Positions 44,933 to 55,134 of a stretch of 64,000 bases of DNA are shown here, piece after piece. How positions within the stretch are numbered: position 1 is the first letter of the stretch; the number at the start of each line of letters is the position of its first letter. A program made the position numbers and the translations under genes. The notes beneath the pieces were generated by a model. That model searched no databases. It had not been told where the DNA came from and saw only the letters and a list, made by a program, of their open reading frames with translations. The stretch covers positions 2,444 to 66,443 of the forward strand of contig CAJXDN010000001.1 of the NCBI GenBank assembly GCA_913052485.1, read 5' to 3'. Source of the stretch: an uncultured Flammeovirgaceae bacterium (GTDB taxonomy: Bacteria > Bacteroidota > Bacteroidia > Cytophagales > MED-G16).

Positions 44933-45004
44933 TAGCCCTGACAAGAATCGAACTTGTATCTAAAGTTTAGGAAACTTCTATTCTATCCATTGAACTACAG
45001 GGCC
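44933..45004 (-). tRNA. tRNA-Arg (anticodon CCT)
   Basis: Manual cloverleaf on the minus strand: acceptor GGCCCTG/CAGGGCT (G1.U72 wobble), D arm GTTC-AATGGATA-GAAT, anticodon arm GAAGT-TTCCTAA-ACTTT, T arm ACAAG-TTCGATT-CTTGT, discriminator A. 72 nt. Confidence 0.85.
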
Positions 45005-45081
45005 ATCCAACAAAAATAAATTTCATTTATAAATAAACAATAATAATTGTTAGCTTTAAGTTTCATTTGTAAAATCCACTT

Positions 45082-46491
45082 ATGGCTGAGGAATTTAAGA
45101 AAAAAAAAGACGAAATATATAAACTTGTTTTGGAGTTTGAGGTAAAAACTAAAAATGATATTGATATATATTACGATTCTGAGTCGTATGAGAAAATAAT
45201 AAAATGGTATATTGATAATCATAAGTTCAAAATCGGTCTCAAAGCTGTAAACTTTGCATTGTCACAACACCAATTCTCTTCTGATCTCCTGATACAAAAA
45301 GCAAATATCTTGATTGCATTACAAAAATTTAGCGACTCTCTACAATGCCTTGAAAGAGCACATTCTTTAAATCCTACTGATGAAAATATTTTTATTTTAA
45401 TTGGTCAGGTTAAGATAATTCTTGGTGAATACAACGAAGCTATAACTACCCTACATGATGCCTTAAAGTACTCTGATAATAAAGATGAAGTAAATTATCA
45501 AATAGGCCTTGCATATCAGGCCCAGAATGATTTTAGTAACGCGTCTTCTTTCTTTAAAAATGCTATTGAAATTAATATTAATCATGAAAATGCTCTGTAT
45601 GATCTTGCTTACTGTCTTGAGCAAACTGGAGAATTAAAAAACAGTATCCATTACTATAAAAAATTTATTGATGAAGATCCCTATTCAGAGTATGCATGGT
45701 TTAATTTAGGTAATATCTATTTTAAATTAATAGAATATGAAAAAGCAATTGAATCATTTGAGTACGCGATTGCTATAGATGAAGAATACTCTACAGCATA
45801 TACAAATCTTGGAGAGTCAAATCTAAAATTAAAAAGATACGAATCATCAAAAAAATGTTTTCTTAAGTCGTTAGAACTTGACGGCCCCTCACCAGAAATA
45901 TATTGTGCTATCGGGAGAGCTTATTACTTTTTGGAAGATTACTCTACATCAATTAGCTTCTTTCAAAAATCTATTAAAATTGATCAATTTTTCAAGGAAT
46001 CATTTTTTTGGTTAGGTAAGTCACTTGTTTCTTTAGATAAGTGGTTTGAGGCAATTCACTACTTTAAAAAAGCACACAAATTTGATCTTGAAAATATAGA
46101 ATACATTAAATCTCTCGCATTTGCAGAATTTAAAGTAGGAAATATGGTAACAAGTATTGAGCTATATGATAAAGCCCTAGAGATTGATCCCTCCGATCAT
46201 AAAACATCCCTTGAATACTCTTCAATGTATTATGAGAGTGGTGATATAGATAAAGCTATCTGCATTATCGAAGATGCAATTGATGAATCTCCCGGTGAAT
46301 CTATACTTTACTATAGGCTTGTTATATACTTAATGGATGCTGGAAAATATAAAGAGTCAATAAATGTATTGGAGAGTGCATTATCATTAAATTTTGATAA
46401 CCATGAGGTTCTATTTGATTTTATCCCAAATTTTGAAACTCAATCAGCTCTCATACGAGTCATCAATCAATATAGAAAGAAAAATAGTTAA
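45082..46491 (+). CDS. TPR-repeat protein
   Basis: 469 aa composed almost entirely of 34-aa TPR-like units (for example ...AWFNLGNIYFKLIEYEKAIESFEYAIAIDEE...). Confidence 0.75.
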   Translation: MAEEFKKKKDEIYKLVLEFEVKTKNDIDIYYDSESYEKIIKWYIDNHKFKIGLKAVNFALSQHQFSSDLLIQKANILIALQKFSDSLQCLERAHSLNPTDENIFILIGQVKIILGEYNEAITTLHDALKYSDNKDEVNYQIGLAYQAQNDFSNASSFFKNAIEININHENALYDLAYCLEQTGELKNSIHYYKKFIDEDPYSEYAWFNLGNIYFKLIEYEKAIESFEYAIAIDEEYSTAYTNLGESNLKLKRYESSKKCFLKSLELDGPSPEIYCAIGRAYYFLEDYSTSISFFQKSIKIDQFFKESFFWLGKSLVSLDKWFEAIHYFKKAHKFDLENIEYIKSLAFAEFKVGNMVTSIELYDKALEIDPSDHKTSLEYSSMYYESGDIDKAICIIEDAIDESPGESILYYRLVIYLMDAGKYKESINVLESALSLNFDNHEVLFDFIPNFETQSALIRVINQYRKKNS

Positions 46492-47246
46492 TGAACTTTA
46501 ATTTAAAAAATATTCCTGAGAGATCAATTAAACCAAGAGAATCTGGAATTACAATGGTAATTGACAAGGGTTCTAGTATTCAAGAATGTAAAAATCTTAT
46601 TGAGTCCTCATCAAATTATATTGACTTTGTAAAATTTGGATGGACAACTGCTAACTTTTCTCAAGATTTAAAAAAGAAAATAGAATTATTTAGAAGAGCC
46701 AATATTGAGGTATATTTTGGAGGTACACTGTTTGAAGCTTTTGCCATTAGAGATCAATTTGAAGATTATATTGATATATTGAAAGATTATGATCTTAAAT
46801 ATGCTGAGGTATCAGACGGATCAATTTCTATTCCACATAAAAAAAAATGTGAATACATTGAAAAGCTAGCAAAACACGTCATAGTTTTTTCTGAGATAGG
46901 GTCGAAAGATGAGAAAAAGATTATCCCCCCATATAAATGGATTAAACAGATGAAAGCTGAACTTGGTGCTGGTTCATGGAAGGTAATAGGTGAGGCTCGA
47001 GAATCAGGAAATGTTGGATTATTTAGATCTTCGGGAGAAGTCAGACAAGGGTTAGTAGAAGAAATTTTGACAGAGATCCCAACCGAAAAAATATTATGGG
47101 AGGCCCCTCAAAAAGCTCAGCAAGTTTGGTTTGTGAAACTTTTAGGCCAAAATGTTAATCTTGGTAATATTTCTGGTAGTGAGGTAATTTCTCTGGAGAC
47201 TATTAGAGTTGGTTTAAGAGGAGATACATTTAATCAATTTATTTAA
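46491..47246 (+). CDS. (2R)-phospho-3-sulfolactate synthase (ComA) family protein
   Basis: N-terminal ...PERSIKPRESGITMVIDKG... and overall length are typical of ComA/PF02679. The ATG overlaps the upstream stop by 1 nt. Confidence 0.7.
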   Translation: MNFNLKNIPERSIKPRESGITMVIDKGSSIQECKNLIESSSNYIDFVKFGWTTANFSQDLKKKIELFRRANIEVYFGGTLFEAFAIRDQFEDYIDILKDYDLKYAEVSDGSISIPHKKKCEYIEKLAKHVIVFSEIGSKDEKKIIPPYKWIKQMKAELGAGSWKVIGEARESGNVGLFRSSGEVRQGLVEEILTEIPTEKILWEAPQKAQQVWFVKLLGQNVNLGNISGSEVISLETIRVGLRGDTFNQFI

Positions 47247-47247
47247 C

Positions 47248-48096
47248 ATGTCTTATTTTGATCGTTCAATACTTTTTCTAAAGGGTATGGCGATGGGGGT
47301 ATCAGATTTGATTCCAGGAATATCTGGTGGTACTATTGCTCTGCTACTAGGAATTTATAAAAATTTTATCAGTTCATTGAAATCAATTGATTTCTCCACA
47401 TTTACCTATTTATTTCAATTAAATTTTAAAAAGCTAGATTCTCAAATTAATTTTAATTTTCTTATAACTGTATTTCTTGGAATTATTACCTCAATATTTA
47501 TATTTTCAAATCTTATATCACATTTATTAGTTAATCAAAAAATACTATTATTTTCATTTTTTTTTGGATTGATTCTGTTTTCGTCAGTTAAATTAATACT
47601 CAATTTATCACCACGATCTTTTTTTGATTTTTTATATATTATTTTAGGTATAAGTATCGGAGTATCAATCTTATTTGTTAATCCTTTAAGTACTTCTAAT
47701 AATTTTCTCTCAATTTTTATTTCTGGATTGGTTGCTATTTCAGCAATGTTGTTACCTGGGATCTCAGGAAGTTATATTTTATTATTAATTGGTAAGTATC
47801 AATTTATGCTAGACTCAATATCTAATTTAAAAATTACTAATATTTTAATTTTTTCACTTGGTGCGATAATTGGATTACTCTCTTTTTCTAAAATTATTCA
47901 TTGGTTAATTGATAAATTTTATAGACCTACAATTTTTTTTCTTGGAGGATTAATGTTAGGTGCATTGAATAAAGTTTGGCCATGGCAAGTGAATGATGAA
48001 ATAGTTTTTCCATTTGGAGACGCTACAGAATTAATACTTTCTACCATATTTTTTATGGTATCAGGCTTAATATCATTTTATCTTAAGTCAAAATGA
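47248..48096 (+). CDS. DUF368 family membrane protein
   Basis: Duplicated (D/L)LIPGISGGT / LPGISGSY motifs characteristic of DUF368. Polytopic. Confidence 0.8.
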   Translation: MSYFDRSILFLKGMAMGVSDLIPGISGGTIALLLGIYKNFISSLKSIDFSTFTYLFQLNFKKLDSQINFNFLITVFLGIITSIFIFSNLISHLLVNQKILLFSFFFGLILFSSVKLILNLSPRSFFDFLYIILGISIGVSILFVNPLSTSNNFLSIFISGLVAISAMLLPGISGSYILLLIGKYQFMLDSISNLKITNILIFSLGAIIGLLSFSKIIHWLIDKFYRPTIFFLGGLMLGALNKVWPWQVNDEIVFPFGDATELILSTIFFMVSGLISFYLKSK

Positions 48097-48827
48097 AAAA
48101 ATTTGGGTTAATAGGATTTCCTTTAGGACACTCATTCTCTAAAAATTTTTTTAAAGAAAAATTCATTAAAGAGAGATATAGTGAAACTACATATGAAAAT
48201 TATGAGATTAATAGTTTAGGGGAATTACCAGATATTTTAACTAATAATCCAGATTTAATAGGTTTTAATGTTACAATTCCATATAAAGAAAAAATTATAT
48301 CGTTACTTGATGATATTGATACTACTGCAAAAAAAATAGGCTCAGTCAATACTGTCAAAATATCAGATGGAAAATTGATAGGATATAACACGGATTATCT
48401 TGGATTTAGAGAATCTATTATAAGCTGGTTGCCAAATACTAATATTTCTACTTTGGTTCTCGGTTCGGGAGGAAGTTCAAAAGCTATTAAGTACGTACTT
48501 GATGATCTAGGAATTAGTTACAAAGTTATCTCAAGAGATTCAAGAGATATGAAAATATCATATAAAGAGTTAAAGAATTTATCTATGGTATCTACTTCTA
48601 AACTAATTATAAACACAACTCCTCTTGGTATGTTTCCTAACGTAGATGGTTTTCCTGATATAGATTATAATCTTATAAATAATAAACATTTTATTTTTGA
48701 TCTAGTATATAATCCAATTAAGACTAAATTTCTTTCCCTATGTGAAGAGAGAGGAGCTAATATTAAAAATGGTTATGAAATGCTTGTAGGCCAAGCAGAG
48801 GAGGCATGGAAAATTTGGAATAAATAA
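48093..48827 (+). CDS. aroE: shikimate dehydrogenase
   Basis: GLIG.PL.HS.S, NVT.PYK and G.NTD motifs (FGLIGFPLGHSFS, FNVTIPYKE, IGYNTDYLG). Confidence 0.85.
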   Translation: MKKFGLIGFPLGHSFSKNFFKEKFIKERYSETTYENYEINSLGELPDILTNNPDLIGFNVTIPYKEKIISLLDDIDTTAKKIGSVNTVKISDGKLIGYNTDYLGFRESIISWLPNTNISTLVLGSGGSSKAIKYVLDDLGISYKVISRDSRDMKISYKELKNLSMVSTSKLIINTTPLGMFPNVDGFPDIDYNLINNKHFIFDLVYNPIKTKFLSLCEERGANIKNGYEMLVGQAEEAWKIWNK

Positions 48828-48836
48828 AATAAGAAA

Positions 48837-50846
48837 TTGGAATTTGATTTACATTCAGAATTTTCTCCAAAAGGGGACCAGCCTCAGGCTATAGATCAGC
48901 TAGTCAATGGTCTAAAAAATAATGATAAACATCAAGTTCTACTGGGCGTAACAGGCTCAGGTAAAACTTTTACAATGGCTAATGTCATTAAAGAGGTAAA
49001 GAGACCTACATTAATTATTTCTCATAATAAAACTTTAGCTGCTCAGTTATATGGAGAATTAAAGAATTTTTTCCCAAATAATGCAGTAGAATATTTTATT
49101 TCTTATTATGATTATTATCAACCTGAAGCTTACATCCCAACTTCAAATGTATATATTGAAAAAGATCTTTCTATAAATGAACAAATAGAAAAGCTCAGAC
49201 TTAGTGCAACCTCTTCACTTTTATCTGGTAGAGATGATGTAATTGTAGTTGCATCGGTATCATGTATTTATGGAATTGGAAATCCAGATGATTTTGGAAA
49301 AAATGTTATCCAAGTCAGAGTTGGTCAAAATATTAATCTAAAGGAGTTTCTCTTCTCATTGGTTGATATTCTATATGAGAGATCACACGAAGATGATTTT
49401 AAAAGAGGAACTTTCAGACTAAAAGGTGATACATTAGACATTTACCTAGCATATGCTGATTTTATTTTAAGAGTTATTTTCTGGGGTGAGGAAGTTGAGA
49501 GTATTTCTAAGGTAGATCCTCAATCTGGTAAAACAATAGAAAGTGTTGATGAAATAACGATTTACCCTGCTAATTTATTTGTGACATCAAAGGAAACCAT
49601 TGATGTTGCATTAAAGGAAATTGAGGAAGACCTAGAAAAACAAATTAATTTTTTTGAGAGAGAAGGTAAGTTTTATGAAGCAAAAAGAATAAAAGAAAGG
49701 ACGGAATTTGATCTTGAAATGATTAATGAGATTGGATATTGCTCTGGGGTTGAAAATTATTCGAGATACTTTGATAGGAGGGGTCCTGGGAAAAGACCAT
49801 TTTGCCTGCTTGATTATTTTCCTGATAATTATTTGATGTTTATTGATGAGAGTCATGTAACTCTTCCACAGATAAGAGCTATGTGGGGTGGTGATAGATC
49901 AAGAAAAATGAATTTAGTTGATTATGGTTTTCGTCTTCCCTCAGCATTAGATAACAGGCCCTTAAACTTTCAAGAATTTGAATCAATGGTTAATTCTGTT
50001 GTTTTTGTAGGTGCGACACCATCTGACTATGAGTTAAATGCCTCGGGTGGGGCTATTGTTGAACAAATTATAAGACCAACTGGATTATTAGACCCACCTA
50101 TTCAGGTAAGAAAGTCGAAGAATCAAATTGATGATATTATAAATGAGATATATAAAAGAATTGAGGTTAAGGAGAGAGTTTTAATAACAACTTTAACGAA
50201 GAGGATGTCAGAGGAGTTAACTAAATATTTAGATAATAATGGTATTAAAACAAGATATATGCACTCTGAAATTGATTCCTTGGAGAGAGTAAATATATTA
50301 AGAGATTTAAGACTTGGAAATTTTGATGTCTTGGTTGGAGTAAATTTGTTAAGAGAGGGTTTAGACTTACCTGAAGTCTCTCTAGTTATCATCTTGGATG
50401 CTGACAAGGAGGGTTTTTTAAGAAATGAGAAGTCTTTAATTCAGACAGTAGGTAGGGCTGCAAGAAACTCAAATGGTCTAGTTATAATGTATGGTGACAA
50501 GATAACAAAATCAATGAAGGCAACAATTGATGAGACAAATAGAAGGAGGGAAATTCAAGATGCTTACAATAAAAAACATAATATTATTCCAAAAACTGTC
50601 TCAAAAACTAAGGAAAGTATACTTGCTCAGACAACGGTTGCCCAGGATAAGAGCCAAAAAGTGTTTGCATCAAAATTAGAAATTGATCCAGTAATTGAAA
50701 GTATGTCTGTTGATGAAATTAGAAAAATTATTGAAAAAAATGAAAAGCATATGAATAGGGCAGCAGATAAATTAGATTTTTATGAAGCTGCTAGGTTAAG
50801 AGACGAGAACATTGAATTACAAAAAATAGTAGAAAATAAGTTATAA
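48837..50846 (+). CDS. uvrB: excinuclease ABC subunit B
   Basis: PKGDQPQAI, Walker A GVTGSGKT, DESH box (IDESHVTLPQ) and C-terminal UVR domain (DFYEAARLRDE). A TTG start is required to include the conserved N-terminus. Confidence 0.95.
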   Translation: MEFDLHSEFSPKGDQPQAIDQLVNGLKNNDKHQVLLGVTGSGKTFTMANVIKEVKRPTLIISHNKTLAAQLYGELKNFFPNNAVEYFISYYDYYQPEAYIPTSNVYIEKDLSINEQIEKLRLSATSSLLSGRDDVIVVASVSCIYGIGNPDDFGKNVIQVRVGQNINLKEFLFSLVDILYERSHEDDFKRGTFRLKGDTLDIYLAYADFILRVIFWGEEVESISKVDPQSGKTIESVDEITIYPANLFVTSKETIDVALKEIEEDLEKQINFFEREGKFYEAKRIKERTEFDLEMINEIGYCSGVENYSRYFDRRGPGKRPFCLLDYFPDNYLMFIDESHVTLPQIRAMWGGDRSRKMNLVDYGFRLPSALDNRPLNFQEFESMVNSVVFVGATPSDYELNASGGAIVEQIIRPTGLLDPPIQVRKSKNQIDDIINEIYKRIEVKERVLITTLTKRMSEELTKYLDNNGIKTRYMHSEIDSLERVNILRDLRLGNFDVLVGVNLLREGLDLPEVSLVIILDADKEGFLRNEKSLIQTVGRAARNSNGLVIMYGDKITKSMKATIDETNRRREIQDAYNKKHNIIPKTVSKTKESILAQTTVAQDKSQKVFASKLEIDPVIESMSVDEIRKIIEKNEKHMNRAADKLDFYEAARLRDENIELQKIVENKL

Positions 50847-52205
50847 AGAGGGGAATTCCCATCCATTACTATATTCTGGTTTAATTAGATTATTAGCAGT
50901 GGAATTATCGAAATTATTTTTTTCATCATTCCATCTTATTTTCGATTGACTTCTATAGGCAATATTTCCCATGTGAGCAACTTTTGAGACTAGGCTTCCG
51001 CTCTCAATCCCACAATTTAAAATTGTTGGGTCATTTTTTTTAATACTACCTAGAAAGTTTTCAGTATGTAAATCAAGAGGATCACCATACTTTTCACGAA
51101 CTTCGTCCCAGTTAAAAGTAGTTCTTGGGACTTCTTCTATAAATAAATTTTTGGTGTTTCTATGATCTTTTTCTGGAATAACATGCCAGCCTGTTCTATT
51201 CACGACAAGAGTACCTCTATTACCTATGAATGCAATTCCTTCAGATAAACCATAGTTACCTGAATCTATTCCATTTGCATGTTCCCAGAGCATTGTAAAA
51301 TCTTTAAACTCATATACAGTCTGAAGTGAATCTGGAGTCTCAGTATCTTGATTTGGATAGGCAAATTTTCCACCTGATGCAGAAATTGATAATGGATTTT
51401 TAACTTTCATTCCCCACAGAGCTATATCAATTTCGTGAACTCCCCAGTCTGTCATTAGACCACCGGCATAATCCCAGTACCACCTGAAACTACCATGGAA
51501 TCTGTTTTGATTAAATTTTCTTTTTGGAGCAGGTCCAAGCCACATATCATAGTCAACACCTTTGGGTGGATCAGTATTTTTTAAATTATCTACCCAACCA
51601 TACCAACCCATGTAGGCCCATACCTTAACTAGTCTAATATTCCCCAAATTCCCTGACCAAAGATAGTTCATGGCCTCTTTATATTGACCACCACTTCTCT
51701 GCCACTGTCCAACTTGAATACATTTTTTATATTGATTTGAAGCATTTAACATAACATCAGCCTCCTCAATGGAATTTGATATAGGCTTCTCACAGTATAC
51801 ATGTTTTCCTGCACTTAAGGCATCAACAAGGTTAAGGCAGTGCCAATGGTCTGGTGTCCCGATTACGACTGCATCTATATCTTTATTTTCGAGTAATTTC
51901 CTGTAGTCCTTATATATTTTAGGTTTTTTTCCTGTGATATCTTTTACATTAATAGACCTCTCTTCAAGGACTTTATCGTCAATATCACAAAGAGCTACAC
52001 AGTCAGTATCACTATTTTTTAATATTGATGCCATATTACTCCAACCCATTCCCTTACATCCAATTACTCCAAAATTAATTTTATCGTTAATTGATGTTTT
52101 TGATCTATTTTTTGCAATCAGCTCAAGAGGGGTATTGAAAAGAAATTGAGAACCTATACCTATAGATGCTGTGTTTTTAATGAAATTTCTTCTTGTAAAC
52201 ATCAA
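50841..52205 (-). CDS. TAT-signal Gfo/Idh/MocA family oxidoreductase
   Basis: Twin-arginine leader (FTRRNFIKNTAS), Rossmann motif GVIGCKGMG and EKP motif (CEKPIS). Confidence 0.85.
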   Translation of the reverse strand: MMFTRRNFIKNTASIGIGSQFLFNTPLELIAKNRSKTSINDKINFGVIGCKGMGWSNMASILKNSDTDCVALCDIDDKVLEERSINVKDITGKKPKIYKDYRKLLENKDIDAVVIGTPDHWHCLNLVDALSAGKHVYCEKPISNSIEEADVMLNASNQYKKCIQVGQWQRSGGQYKEAMNYLWSGNLGNIRLVKVWAYMGWYGWVDNLKNTDPPKGVDYDMWLGPAPKRKFNQNRFHGSFRWYWDYAGGLMTDWGVHEIDIALWGMKVKNPLSISASGGKFAYPNQDTETPDSLQTVYEFKDFTMLWEHANGIDSGNYGLSEGIAFIGNRGTLVVNRTGWHVIPEKDHRNTKNLFIEEVPRTTFNWDEVREKYGDPLDLHTENFLGSIKKNDPTILNCGIESGSLVSKVAHMGNIAYRSQSKIRWNDEKNNFDNSTANNLIKPEYSNGWEFPSL

Positions 52206-52206
52206 C

Positions 52207-52803
52207 TTATTTAATTCTCTGATTTATCATATCCCAATTCAATATATTGAAGAAAGCATCAACATACTCAACTCTTTTATTTTGATAATTTAGATAGTAG
52301 GCATGTTCCCAAACATCAATTCCCATAAGAGGATTGCTATTATCATTACAAATGCCTGGCATAAGTGGGTTATCTTGGTTGGCAGTTGAACATATTTCAA
52401 GATGATCATCGACCTGACATAGCCATGCCCAGCCAGACCCAAAGCGGGTCATTGCAGCCGTCTTAAACTTCTCTTTAAAATTATTAAAATCTCCAAAACT
52501 AGATTTTATCATTTCTTTCACATTTCCTGTTGGCTCACCACCTCCTTTTGGAGATAATATTTCCCAGAATAAAGAATGATTGTAGTGACCACCTCCGTTA
52601 TTTCTAATAGCCATGTTGTCTGAATGGTTTATACATAATTCTTCTATTGATAAATTAGCCATATTTGTATTTTCTATTGTATTATTTAAGTTAGTTATGT
52701 AAAGGTTATGATGTCTGCCATGATGAATTTCCATGGTTTGAGTATCAATGTGTGGTTCAAGTGAATCATGAGAGTAGGGTAGATCGGGTAATTTGAATGA
52801 CAT
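52207..52803 (-). CDS. sodA: Fe/Mn-family superoxide dismutase (Mn-type sequence features)
   Basis: LPDLPY, HHGRHH and DVWEHAYYL motifs. The [13 protein letters not shown] segment resembles the Mn-SOD type rather than the Fe-SOD type (NNAAQ.WNH). Confidence 0.85.
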   Translation of the reverse strand: MSFKLPDLPYSHDSLEPHIDTQTMEIHHGRHHNLYITNLNNTIENTNMANLSIEELCINHSDNMAIRNNGGGHYNHSLFWEILSPKGGGEPTGNVKEMIKSSFGDFNNFKEKFKTAAMTRFGSGWAWLCQVDDHLEICSTANQDNPLMPGICNDNSNPLMGIDVWEHAYYLNYQNKRVEYVDAFFNILNWDMINQRIK

Positions 52804-52870
52804 ATTTTCTAATTTAGATGATTTTATAAATTTTATTTAATTTAAGAATTTTAGATTAAATACTAAAGGT

Positions 52871-53320
52871 TCAGCTTCTTAATTTAAAGAAAAAAGATTC
52901 TAGAATTTCTCTTGACTCAGCCTCTAATACATTTGATACAATTGCTAACTTTTTGTTTAGTTCCTCTTTTGATTTTCTCAGGTATCCTTTCTCCTTGTCA
53001 TCCAATCCATATATAACTTTCTTTATCTTGGATAAATGAATTGCTCCACTGCACATCATGCATGGTTCTAAGGTTACGTACATTTCACACTCATTCAAAT
53101 ACTTACTTCCAATTTTATTTTGAGCAGAGGTAATTGCAATCATTTCAGCGTGGGCAGTTGAGTCATTGAGCTTCTGGCATTGATTATGTCCTTTACTAAT
53201 TACTTTATTATTGTGAACTATCACAGCTCCGACAGGAATCTCTTCCTCATCATAAGCTGCCATTGCCTCCTTGAGAGCAATTTTCATAAAAAATTCATCA
53301 TTATTTTTTAATATACTCAT
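52871..53320 (-). CDS. tadA: tRNA adenosine(34) deaminase
   Basis: CDA zinc motifs HAEMIAI and PCMMCSGA. Start chosen at the ATG at 53320 (MSILKNNDEFFMKIALKEA). The ATGs at 53326 and 53350 are possible alternatives. Confidence 0.85.
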   Translation of the reverse strand: MSILKNNDEFFMKIALKEAMAAYDEEEIPVGAVIVHNNKVISKGHNQCQKLNDSTAHAEMIAITSAQNKIGSKYLNECEMYVTLEPCMMCSGAIHLSKIKKVIYGLDDKEKGYLRKSKEELNKKLAIVSNVLEAESREILESFFFKLRS

Positions 53321-53394
53321 ACACATTGTAAGATTATAAAAAAAACCCATGCATTCTTTATAAAACTATTAATTTTGTTGTAAAGCTTTTCCAA

Positions 53395-55128
53395 ATGAGA
53401 ACTCATAACTGTGGTGAATTAAGAAAAAAAGATATTAAAACAAAAGTTATTTTATCTGGCTGGGCACATAGAATAAGGGATAAGGGTAAGGTTATCTGGA
53501 TTGATATTAGAGATAGATATGGAATTACTCAACTTATATTTGAGGAGGAATTTTCAGGAAGTAAAACATTTAATCTAGCTAAAAAGTGTGGGAGAGAATT
53601 TGTCATTAAAATAGAGGGTGAGGTTTCAGAGAGGTTATCAAATAATCCGAATTTAGATACTGGAGATATCGAGATTAAAGTTTTCAATATTGAATATCTT
53701 AACAAATCAGAAGTTCCACCATTTACTATTGAGGATGAAACAGATGGTGGTGAGGATTTAAGGATGAAGTACAGGTATCTAGATCTTAGGAGGGCACCAC
53801 TTCAAAAAAATATTATGTTGAGACATAGTCTGATGCAGGAGACTAGAATTTACCTTAACTCTCAAAATTTTCTTGAAATTGAAACTCCAGTTCTTATTAA
53901 ATCAACACCAGAAGGTGCAAGAGATTTTATTGTTCCATCTAGAATGAATAAAGGTCAATTTTATGCTCTTCCCCAATCTCCCCAGACATTTAAACAGCTG
54001 CTCATGGTCTCAGGTTTTGATAAGTACTACCAATTAGTTAAGTGCTTTAGAGATGAGGATTTAAGAGCTGATAGACAACCAGAGTTCACTCAAATAGATT
54101 GTGAGATGTCATTTGTTGATAGAGAAAATGTCCTACAAAATTTTGGCGGTCTGATCTCTCATTTATTTAAAAATATATTAGACAAGGACTTAGGTGATAT
54201 TCCAGTCATGCAGTATGATGACGTTATTAAACATTATGGTACAGATAAGCCTGATCTAAGGTTTGGGATGAGGTTTAATGATATCACATCTATTGTTCAA
54301 GGAAAAGGATTCAAAGTATTTGACGATTCAGAAATAATTTTATCAATTAATATAGAGGGATGTAGTAATTATACAAGAAAGCAGATAGATGAAATCACAG
54401 ATTTTGTAAAAACTCCTCAAATTGGTTCAAAGGGATTAGTATATATTAAAAATAATGAAGATGGAACCATCAAATCTTCAGTTGATAAATTTTATTCTAC
54501 AGATGATCTTAAAATGATTGTTGATGAGAATAATTCAAACCCCTCAGACTTAATTCTAATTCTAGCAGGTGATGAAAAGCAAACAATTTCTGCTATGTCT
54601 TCATTAAGACTTCTTATGGGGGATAGATTAAATCTTAGAGACCCTGAAATATTTAATCCCGTTTGGGTTATTAATTTTCCATTAGTTGCTTGGGATGAAG
54701 AGTCAAAAAGATACCATGCTATGCATCATCCTTTTACATCTCCAATTAAAGATGATATAGATCTTCTAAACTCTAATCCAGAAAAAGTTAGGGCTAATGC
54801 ATATGACCTTGTAATAAATGGAGTAGAAATAGGAGGGGGATCTATAAGAATACATGACAGGAAACTACAAGAAAAAGTTTTTGAAACTCTAGGATTTACA
54901 AATGAAGAGGCATATAATCAGTTCGGATTTTTATTGGATGCTTTTAAATACGGTACCCCTCCTCATGGTGGTATTGCCTTTGGATTTGATCGACTTTGTG
55001 CTCTATTTAGTGGTCAAGAATCTATCAGAGATTTTATAGCATTTCCTAAAAATACTTCAGGTAGAGATGTAATGATTAACACACCTTCTGAAATTGATAG
55101 CGATCAACTAAAGGAATTAGGGTTATAA
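53395..55128 (+). CDS. aspS: aspartate--tRNA ligase
   Basis: Class IIb motifs: OB-fold N-terminus, [18 protein letters not shown] (motif 2) and GGGSIRIH...GIAFGFDRL (motif 3). Confidence 0.95.
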   Translation: MRTHNCGELRKKDIKTKVILSGWAHRIRDKGKVIWIDIRDRYGITQLIFEEEFSGSKTFNLAKKCGREFVIKIEGEVSERLSNNPNLDTGDIEIKVFNIEYLNKSEVPPFTIEDETDGGEDLRMKYRYLDLRRAPLQKNIMLRHSLMQETRIYLNSQNFLEIETPVLIKSTPEGARDFIVPSRMNKGQFYALPQSPQTFKQLLMVSGFDKYYQLVKCFRDEDLRADRQPEFTQIDCEMSFVDRENVLQNFGGLISHLFKNILDKDLGDIPVMQYDDVIKHYGTDKPDLRFGMRFNDITSIVQGKGFKVFDDSEIILSINIEGCSNYTRKQIDEITDFVKTPQIGSKGLVYIKNNEDGTIKSSVDKFYSTDDLKMIVDENNSNPSDLILILAGDEKQTISAMSSLRLLMGDRLNLRDPEIFNPVWVINFPLVAWDEESKRYHAMHHPFTSPIKDDIDLLNSNPEKVRANAYDLVINGVEIGGGSIRIHDRKLQEKVFETLGFTNEEAYNQFGFLLDAFKYGTPPHGGIAFGFDRLCALFSGQESIRDFIAFPKNTSGRDVMINTPSEIDSDQLKELGL

Positions 55129-55134
55129 TTTATT

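Noticed and set aside
44995-45222. A 75-aa minus-strand ORF
   Set aside because: It overlaps the tRNA-Arg gene and the start of the TPR gene. Its translation is Ile/Phe/Leu/Tyr/Asn-rich, AT-driven low-complexity sequence.
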